Origin: a virus
Direction: 5' to 3' (one strand)
Virus record (IMG/VR): IMGVR_UViG_3300032323_001387
Coordinates: 64,001-128,000 of that record
Length of the DNA: 64,000 nt
Shown here: piece after piece, positions 57,308 to 64,000 of the stretch
Numbering within the stretch: position 1 is the stretch's first letter
Layout of the letters: every line of letters begins with the position of its first letter
The notes under the pieces: model-generated
The model's input: only the letters and a program-made list of their open reading frames with translations
Told to the model about the DNA's origin: nothing
The model's database searches: none
Program-made: the position numbers and the translations under genes

Positions 57308-57936
57308 TTATTGGTGTATGTGGTTTTATTGGCAGCGGCAAAGATACTATTGCAGACTATCTAGTAAACGTACATGGCTTTCGCCGTGAAAGTTTTGCTA
57401 ATACATTAAAGGATGCAGTAGCCGCAGTATTCGGGTGGGATAGAGTTATGCTCGAAGGTCGTACAAAAGAAGCACGTGAATGGCGGGAACAAGTTGATCC
57501 GTGGTGGGCAAACAGGCTAGGCATACCTACTTTAACTCCTAGATGGGTATTACAGTATTGGGGCACAGAGGTATGCAGAAAAGGCTTTCACGACGATATC
57601 TGGATTGCTAGTGTAGAAAACAAATTACGCAGAAGTAAAGATAATATTGTTATCAGTGATTGTCGTTTTCCTAACGAAATTGCTAGTATCAAACAAGCAG
57701 GCGGCAGTATTATCTGTGTTAACAGAGGCGAATTGCCTAGCTGGCATATTATGGCCGCCAAAGCAAATGACGGAGATTTATTCGCCGCCGAAAAGCTCAA
57801 GGCATTAGGCGTTCATGCCAGTGAAACTGCATGGGTTGGAACTAAGTTTGACTATGTCTTAGATAACAATTCTACATTGGATTCACTGTTTAGTCAAGTA
57901 GAAACAGTGGTGCAACCTGAACCAGTGAAAATATGA
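57304..57936 (+). CDS. Deoxynucleoside monophosphate kinase (T4 gp1-like)
   Basis: MIIGVCGFIGSGKDT, SFANTLKD, TPRWVLQYWGTE, ISDCRFPNE, HASE; start 57304 by ATGA overlap. Confidence 0.9.
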   Translation: MIIGVCGFIGSGKDTIADYLVNVHGFRRESFANTLKDAVAAVFGWDRVMLEGRTKEAREWREQVDPWWANRLGIPTLTPRWVLQYWGTEVCRKGFHDDIWIASVENKLRRSKDNIVISDCRFPNEIASIKQAGGSIICVNRGELPSWHIMAAKANDGDLFAAEKLKALGVHASETAWVGTKFDYVLDNNSTLDSLFSQVETVVQPEPVKI

Positions 57937-58001
57937 ATTCCGCTAAATAGCCTGGTTTCTCCGAGAACGTATAAATATACATAACCGTTTAAGGAGAAAA
58001 C

Positions 58002-60395
58002 ATGGCTACTTTAGTATCCCCAGGTGTAGCAGTTAGCGTTACAGATGAAAGCCAATATGGCTCAGCCGGACAAGGCACTGTACCGTTAATTATTCTAGCT
58101 ACAGAAACAAACAAATCAAATGTCAGTGCGTCTGGTTATGCAGAAGGCACAAAACCAGCGAATGCTGCTAAACCTTATCTATTAACTAGTCAAAGAGAGT
58201 TAGTAGAACTTTTTGGTCAACCACAATTCAGCGTTGTCGATGGTACGCCTATACACGGAGCAGAAACAAACGAATATGGTTTATTAGCCGCTTACAGTTA
58301 TTTAGGCATTGCTAATAGAGCATACGTTCTTCGTGCTGATATCGATCTAGCACAATTAGAACCAACTATAGTTGAGCCATCCGGTGCTCCTGCTAATGGA
58401 ACATTTTGGTTTGATTTAACATCAAGTTCTATGGGACTTTTCGAAGCTACTGCTTCTGGTTCTTCAAACTGGGAAGAACAATCTTTAACAATAATCACTG
58501 ATCCATCAGACACTGCTAATGGAGCAGGCCTGCTTCCTGATGCTTCAGTAGGTTCAAATGGTGATTATGCAATAGTAGCTACTAGTGTAGTTGCTAGTTA
58601 TCAAATTTACAAAAAAGTAAGCGGAAGCTGGGTAATTTGTACCAACGTTGCATTAAGCAAAACAGTATTCGCTAGCCCACACTACACTATACCTACGTCA
58701 ACAGCAGCTGGCGATTTATGGATCAAAACAACAAATCCAAATAATGGTTTGAAAGTTATTGTTAAAAAGTATGTAGCTGGCAATTTACCTGCTAAGAGTC
58801 CATGGGTAACACAAAGCGTTTCTAGCTATGCATCAGATTCTGCTGCAACTACAGGCTTTGGTGCTGCACTATCAGCTGGAAAAATTTACGCAAGAGTTAG
58901 TGCTGGTTCTGCTAATATTGCACTAAGAATATATGATGGTTCTAATTGGACATCTTTAGATGAACAAGCCGGTATAGACGCACCACGTGGCGAAACAGCA
59001 GACGGTGCATTATGGTATAACACTGATTTAATGGCAGACTTGTATATTAAATCAAATGGCAACTGGGAACCACTTACTGCTAATATTACCATTGATTCTA
59101 CTTCACCTAGCTCTCCAGCAGCAGGCGACGTTTGGATTGATAGTAGCGATGTAGAGAATTATCCTCGTATCCAACAATTCGACGGTTCAACATGGGTAGA
59201 GCGCGACGTAGCAGATCAAACTACACCAAACGGTGTTGTGTTTGCTGACCTAACTAACGTGGCATCTGATACAAGTAACAACGGCGGCGCAACACCAGTA
59301 GATAATGAAGCTCCAGATCCGTTACTATATCCAGATGGCATTATCTTATGGAATAGCATGGTAAGCACAGGTAACGTCAAGCGTTATGATGCCACAAATG
59401 ATGTATGGAACACATACAGCGGCAACATGACAGACGGTCGTCCATTCATGTTACGTAAGGCACAGCGTCAAGCAGTAGTTAAAGCAATGCAAGCGGCTGT
59501 GAATTCAAACACACAGATTCGTGAAGAAACAACTTTCTTTACATTGATTGCTGCTCCTGGTTATCCTGAACTATTAGACGAAATGGTTTCATTGAACACA
59601 GATCGTAAAGAAACTGGTTTCATTATCGTTGATACACCATTCCGTTTACGTCCACAAGGTCAAGAACTAATTAACTGGATGACAGGTAACAATGCAACAG
59701 TTAACGGCGAAGCTGGTATTATTACTGCAACTAATACAGCAGCAGCTTACTATCCAAGCGGTATTACTAGCGATTTAAATGGCAACGATGTTGTTGTCCC
59801 TGCAAGTCATATCGTATTACGCACAATGGCGTACAACGACCAAGTTGCTTATCCTTGGTTTGCACCGGCTGGTTTAACACGTGGTGTCGTAACAAACGCA
59901 AGTAACGTTGGTTACATTAACAACGAAGGTGAATTTATTCCAGTAGCACTAACAAACGGCCAACGTGACACATTGTATGGTGATGGTAGCAGAGTTGGTA
60001 TTAACCCAATCGCACGTTTCCCAGGACAAGGTTTATATGTGTTCGGTCAGCGTACACTACAAAGTTTTGCCAGCGCACTAGATCGCGTAAACGTTGCTCG
60101 TTTAATTGCATACTTGCGTGAACGTTTTGATCCTTTAGCAAGACCATTTATCTTTGAACCTAATGATAGAATTACTCGTGCTAATGCTAAACAAGTATTC
60201 GATGGCTTCTTGTCTGACTTGCTTGGCAAACGAGCAATTTATGATTACATCGTTGTTTGTGACGAAACAAACAACACACCTGCCAAGATTGACAGAAACG
60301 AATTATACATTGATGTAGCTATTGAGCCAGTTAAAGCGGCTGAATTTATCTACATTCCAATTCGTGTAGTCAACACCGGCGAGTTATCAGCCTGA
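58002..60395 (+). CDS. Tail sheath protein, T4 gp18-like (797 aa)
   Basis: LVSPGVAVSVTDES, YPWFAPAGLTRG, SALDRVNVARL, FEPND, CDETNNTP..IDRNEL..D.AIEPVKAAEFIYI. Confidence 0.95.
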   Translation: MATLVSPGVAVSVTDESQYGSAGQGTVPLIILATETNKSNVSASGYAEGTKPANAAKPYLLTSQRELVELFGQPQFSVVDGTPIHGAETNEYGLLAAYSYLGIANRAYVLRADIDLAQLEPTIVEPSGAPANGTFWFDLTSSSMGLFEATASGSSNWEEQSLTIITDPSDTANGAGLLPDASVGSNGDYAIVATSVVASYQIYKKVSGSWVICTNVALSKTVFASPHYTIPTSTAAGDLWIKTTNPNNGLKVIVKKYVAGNLPAKSPWVTQSVSSYASDSAATTGFGAALSAGKIYARVSAGSANIALRIYDGSNWTSLDEQAGIDAPRGETADGALWYNTDLMADLYIKSNGNWEPLTANITIDSTSPSSPAAGDVWIDSSDVENYPRIQQFDGSTWVERDVADQTTPNGVVFADLTNVASDTSNNGGATPVDNEAPDPLLYPDGIILWNSMVSTGNVKRYDATNDVWNTYSGNMTDGRPFMLRKAQRQAVVKAMQAAVNSNTQIREETTFFTLIAAPGYPELLDEMVSLNTDRKETGFIIVDTPFRLRPQGQELINWMTGNNATVNGEAGIITATNTAAAYYPSGITSDLNGNDVVVPASHIVLRTMAYNDQVAYPWFAPAGLTRGVVTNASNVGYINNEGEFIPVALTNGQRDTLYGDGSRVGINPIARFPGQGLYVFGQRTLQSFASALDRVNVARLIAYLRERFDPLARPFIFEPNDRITRANAKQVFDGFLSDLLGKRAIYDYIVVCDETNNTPAKIDRNELYIDVAIEPVKAAEFIYIPIRVVNTGELSA

Positions 60396-60423
60396 TAAAT
60401 AACATAGCCCAAGGAGAATACAC

Positions 60424-61044
60424 ATGGCAGATTTAACAAAATTTGGAGTTCCTACAGCAGGCCTAGGCGGTGATAACGCTATGGTTATGCCGAAACTTCA
60501 ATATCGATTCAGAGTTATTGCTTATAACTTTGGTCGCGAAGGCGGCACAACAGTTGCACTTACTCAAAACGTAGTAAGTGTAACTAGACCAAGCATAACG
60601 CACGACGAAATTACATTAGATGCATACAACAGCAAGGCTTATCTTGCTGGCAAGCATACATGGGAACCAGTTACATTGACATTACGTGATGATATCAATG
60701 GTACAGTAACCAAGCACGTAGCCAGCCAATTGCAAAAACAACTTAATCAAGGACAACAAAGTGCTCCAGTAGCCGGCCGTGATTATAAGTTTGGTCTTGT
60801 AATTGAACAATTAGACGGAAGTCAGCCAGGCGTAGTAATTGAGACATGGAGCATGAACGGATGCTTTATTCAAAATGCTAACTATGGTGAGAACAACTAT
60901 TCTACAAGTGACGTAATGACTATCACATTGCAAATCCGCTTTGATGCTGCTGATATCCATGACACTCAAGTTGAGTCCGCTACTACAACAGGCGGCTTAA
61001 CTACTGGCGTTATGGCAATTGGCGCAGGCAACAGCGCAATTTAA
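60424..61044 (+). CDS. Tail tube protein, T4 gp19-like
   Basis: MPKLQYRFRV...YLAGKHTWEPVTLTLRDD...W.MNGCF...Y.TSD..TITLQIRFD; follows the sheath gene. Confidence 0.88.
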   Translation: MADLTKFGVPTAGLGGDNAMVMPKLQYRFRVIAYNFGREGGTTVALTQNVVSVTRPSITHDEITLDAYNSKAYLAGKHTWEPVTLTLRDDINGTVTKHVASQLQKQLNQGQQSAPVAGRDYKFGLVIEQLDGSQPGVVIETWSMNGCFIQNANYGENNYSTSDVMTITLQIRFDAADIHDTQVESATTTGGLTTGVMAIGAGNSAI

Positions 61045-61053
61045 AGGTAGTAA

Positions 61054-61923
61054 ATGGCGGCATTAACTGACGCACAGAAATGGTACGGTTTATTAGGCGA
61101 GCAAAAAGCTGCTCGCCTAAAGTATCATTTTAAAGTAGAATTCTTTAGTAGTCAATATCAAGCTCCTACGGCCAAGGCCCCAGCGTTGCAGGGTCCGGCA
61201 CGATTAATATTTGATTGCATAAGATCGGTTGAGCTACCGAAATATAGTGTTGAAACAGAAGTTGCAAATTCGTGGAATATAAGACATCACGTACCTACAA
61301 GAATAAATTTTGAACCTGTTAGTATTTCATTTACAGATACATTAGATAATAGGTTTATGAATTTCATCAAAGCATACATGGGCATTATCAGTAACAGTTT
61401 TCAACCTGCCAAAGAAAGTTTTCGTACTGGTTTTGGTGATACTCCTTTTGGTGTTAAATTATTAGACACCGGAAAAGATGCTCCAATAGATAAGATTGAG
61501 ATAACACAATTCTATGGTTCTGATAATACAAGAACAATAACATTGTGGCGTCCAAAAATAGTTGACGTACAGCATGATACTATAGATTACAGCGCCAGCG
61601 AAGCAGTAACTTGGCAAATTGGTTTTAGATACGAAAGCGTGACCTACGACGATGGCAAAACAGCTGGAGCTCAAAAGTCAGAAAAAACACAACAGCAAAC
61701 AGCAAGTAATCCAAATGCCCAGGCATTTATAAAACAAGCACAAGATCAAGTAGCCTTAAATCAAAAAATGGCACAAGATCAAATCAAAGCATCTGAGACA
61801 GCAGTTAATCTTCCAGCTGCTTCTTTAAATGGATTGTCATTTAAAGAAGCAAGTGCTATCGCCAATGCTAGAGCTAATAATGCTATTGGTGGCAGAGATC
61901 GCGGAACTAGAGGTGGCGTATAA
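61054..61923 (+). CDS. Tail-tube-like protein (gp19/gp54 paralog)
   Basis: SVELPKYSV...INFEPVSISFTD...P.IVDVQHDTIDYS...IGFRYE. Confidence 0.72.
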   Translation: MAALTDAQKWYGLLGEQKAARLKYHFKVEFFSSQYQAPTAKAPALQGPARLIFDCIRSVELPKYSVETEVANSWNIRHHVPTRINFEPVSISFTDTLDNRFMNFIKAYMGIISNSFQPAKESFRTGFGDTPFGVKLLDTGKDAPIDKIEITQFYGSDNTRTITLWRPKIVDVQHDTIDYSASEAVTWQIGFRYESVTYDDGKTAGAQKSEKTQQQTASNPNAQAFIKQAQDQVALNQKMAQDQIKASETAVNLPAASLNGLSFKEASAIANARANNAIGGRDRGTRGGV

Positions 61924-62201
61924 TGTCATTAGAAACAAACAAATACGATATAATATACGGTAGATTGCTACATTTAAATTTTACACCAACACACGCCAAA
62001 GGTTTGGCAAAAGTGTTGTATGATGTTACTGAACAATATGGCTTCAGTGTAAATCATGTGCTACAACATGTGGACAGCAATGGTATTAGATTTGATAATG
62101 AAATTTATGATGCACTGAATAAAGCAAGAACAAATAGCAGTCAAATTGGTTACATGGACAGAGAATACATACCGCCTGCAATATTACAGCAGGTGGCTTA
62201 A
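61923..62201 (+). CDS. Hypothetical protein (92 aa)
   Basis: TAATG coupling on both sides. Confidence 0.7.
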   Translation: MSLETNKYDIIYGRLLHLNFTPTHAKGLAKVLYDVTEQYGFSVNHVLQHVDSNGIRFDNEIYDALNKARTNSSQIGYMDREYIPPAILQQVA

Positions 62202-62671
62202 TGGCTAATAATTATAGTCAAGGGTATTTTGCACCAGAAAACCCAAGCAAGTATATAGGCAGCAATCGTCCCAAATATAGAAGCGGCTGGGAATTAACAG
62301 TAATGCGTTTCTGCGACAACCATCCTGCGGTTATAGCATGGGCCAGCGAAAGCCTGCGAGTGCCATATCGTAATCCTTTTACAGGCAAGGAAACGTTTTA
62401 TGTGCCCGACTTTCTTATAACTTACCAAGACAAAAACGGTAATAAAATCAGTGAAGTGATTGAAGTCAAACCACGCAATCAAGCAGTGCTTGAAATGGCT
62501 AAAACACAGCAAGAAAAAGCCGCAGTAGTATTAAACATGGCAAAATGGGAAGCCGCTAGAGCATGGTGCCAACGACATGGAATGAAGTTTAGAATACTCA
62601 CTGAAGAAGATATATACAATAACTGGGGAGCAAAAAGCAAACCCAAAACAACAAGAGCAAAAAGAAGATGA
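62201..62671 (+). CDS. Head completion nuclease, T4 gp4-like (TnsA-like PD-(D/E)xK)
   Basis: NPSKYIG...YRSGWE..VMRFCD...WASE...YVPDF...IEVKP...N.AKWEAA...F.ILTE. Confidence 0.88.
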   Translation: MANNYSQGYFAPENPSKYIGSNRPKYRSGWELTVMRFCDNHPAVIAWASESLRVPYRNPFTGKETFYVPDFLITYQDKNGNKISEVIEVKPRNQAVLEMAKTQQEKAAVVLNMAKWEAARAWCQRHGMKFRILTEEDIYNNWGAKSKPKTTRAKRR

Positions 62672-63183
62672 CTAAAAAGTTAGAAGATTTTTTTAATGTA
62701 GATTCTATAGAACCGGATCGTAATGACAGCGTAGCTGAAGATCAGCAGTTATTACCCGTTGCTGAAATAGTGCCAATGTCAGATGCATTAACTAAAATCA
62801 AAGACCAACTCAGTGTTGCTGCTAAAATAGATGAAGCATTGCCGCAAGTCAAAGGATTGGAAACAGAAGATCATGCATTAGATGATTACGCCAATCAAGC
62901 CATGGAACAATTTGCTAGATTAATGGATTTGGGATTCAATGTTGATGACAGAAATGCCGGCAAAATATTCGAAGTTGCTAGTACTATGATGGGCAATGCT
63001 ATTACAGCAAAAACAACTAAGCTAGACAAGAAGCTTAAGATGATTGAACTACAGTTAAAACTAGCAAAATTGCAAAAGGACTTGGGCAAAGATGACACCG
63101 GAGACGGAGATAAGCCCACAGAACTTACCACAGACCGTAATGCTATCCTTAACTTAATCAATCAGAACTTAAAGAACAAATGA
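62668..63183 (+). CDS. Probable terminase small subunit (gp16-like)
   Basis: Helical protein LMDLGFNVDDRNAGKIFEVASTMM..AI.AK..K.DKKLKMIELQ; position after the gp4-like gene. Confidence 0.55.
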   Translation: MTKKLEDFFNVDSIEPDRNDSVAEDQQLLPVAEIVPMSDALTKIKDQLSVAAKIDEALPQVKGLETEDHALDDYANQAMEQFARLMDLGFNVDDRNAGKIFEVASTMMGNAITAKTTKLDKKLKMIELQLKLAKLQKDLGKDDTGDGDKPTELTTDRNAILNLINQNLKNK

Positions 63184-63211
63184 ATTGATAAATAATGTAT
63201 CGGAGATTACA

Positions 63212-63856
63212 ATGAAGACTCTATTAGAATACATAGAAACATTACAGCAAAAACACGATGTTCGCATTAAATTAGCCTGCGAATGTACTGATGAACTTTG
63301 CGACAAAATTGAAAAGCATCTAGAAAAATATGATGCAGAAAAAATTACTCGTCCTAGTAAAACAATACTAATGAGACGTCCTTTAGACTTTCCTAACTTG
63401 GATATGGCGGAAGTTTATATCATTGACTTCACATCCAATTTGCCAGTTAGTCCAGAAATGCTAAAGCAAGAACTAGCAAAACTGTTAAACATCAATGAAG
63501 GACTTGTTGTTGTTCGTATGGCCAATGAGCCACGTGAGATTGAAGCACAGAACGACGAAGAAGCAGAAAAGTTTAAAGTTAAAGACGAAGAATATAAAGC
63601 TAAGATTGGCACTGACTATGACAAGAGCGAAAAGTCTGACGTTAAAGCAGAAGATCTTTATGGCGACAAGTACAATACTAAGTTCTTAAAAGAATTGAAA
63701 AAATTAAGCGACGAACGCAAAAAAGAAACTAAAGCACCTAAGGTTATCAAGGATCCAGATGTTCCTGCAACTGAGCCTGAAATAGGTGACAGCAAAGCGA
63801 CTAATAAAAAGAGTCCGGTGCGAACATTTACAGCCCCAGCGGGTAAAGGAAACTAA
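63212..63856 (+). CDS. Hypothetical late protein (probable head-associated)
   Basis: ATAAATA promoter and GGAG RBS before ATG 63212 (MKTLLEYIE). Confidence 0.65.
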   Translation: MKTLLEYIETLQQKHDVRIKLACECTDELCDKIEKHLEKYDAEKITRPSKTILMRRPLDFPNLDMAEVYIIDFTSNLPVSPEMLKQELAKLLNINEGLVVVRMANEPREIEAQNDEEAEKFKVKDEEYKAKIGTDYDKSEKSDVKAEDLYGDKYNTKFLKELKKLSDERKKETKAPKVIKDPDVPATEPEIGDSKATNKKSPVRTFTAPAGKGN

Positions 63857-63858
63857 TC

Positions 63859-64000
63859 ATGGATTTAGCAAGACTAATGAGCAAATTAAACGCAATCGGT
63901 GGCATGCAAGGCGCAGTCACTGAAGCTGAAGAAGAAAAATGCACAGACTGTGGCAAAGCTCACGAAGGTGACTGTGCAGTCGAAGAAGCTAAAAAGCCAG
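63859..64000 (+). CDS. Hypothetical protein, truncated by the window end
   Basis: AAGGA RBS; MDLARLMSKLNAIGGMQGAVTEAEEEKCTDCGKAHEGDC... Confidence 0.6.
   Translation, partial: MDLARLMSKLNAIGGMQGAVTEAEEEKCTDCGKAHEGDCAVEEAKKP

Noticed and set aside
62201-62671. Transposase (TnsA-like)
   Set aside because: Matches the T4 gp4 head-completion nuclease in motif and context; no transposon ends or partner genes.
1-64000. Alternative genetic code (stop reassignment as in some jumbo phages)
   Set aside because: All core genes are full-length in the standard code and TAA, TGA and TAG all occur as stops.
1-64000. tRNA genes
   Set aside because: No cloverleaf with T-loop and D-loop consensus found by eye in the intergenic gaps.

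Overview
This is 64 kb of an AT-rich, T4-like large or jumbo myovirus (Caudoviricetes) genome in the standard genetic code. Most of the window is the virion morphogenesis region. Baseplate genes include a giant wedge protein running off the left edge plus gp6-, gp25-, gp5-, gp27-, gp53-, gp48/54- and gp26-like genes. These are followed by a tape measure, portal, prohead protease, scaffold, major capsid protein, a cluster of repeat-rich fibre proteins, neck/terminator proteins, sheath, tube, head-completion nuclease and a probable small terminase. Early or non-structural islands interrupt this region: an HNH/DNA ligase/MazG island; a late sigma factor-gp47-gp46-Hc1-GIY-YIG island; a metallopeptidase/alginate-lyase-like lipoprotein island; and a nucleotidase/dNMP kinase pair. 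Highlights: (1) a ~515 nt ORF-free, densely hairpinned segment directly behind a small GIY-YIG nuclease, a candidate large ncRNA or nuclease-RNA system; (2) a T TTT TTC -1 frameshift site that would fuse the gp26-like chaperone to its downstream ORF; (3) compact hairpins combining terminator, promoter and RBS occlusion, plus apparently leaderless late and early mRNAs; (4) two apparently inactivated muralytic domains in the baseplate beside an intact M23 peptidase; (5) a modular fibre family with shared repeats and terminal motifs next to a glycosyltransferase. All family assignments come from motif recognition and synteny by eye; no searches were run.
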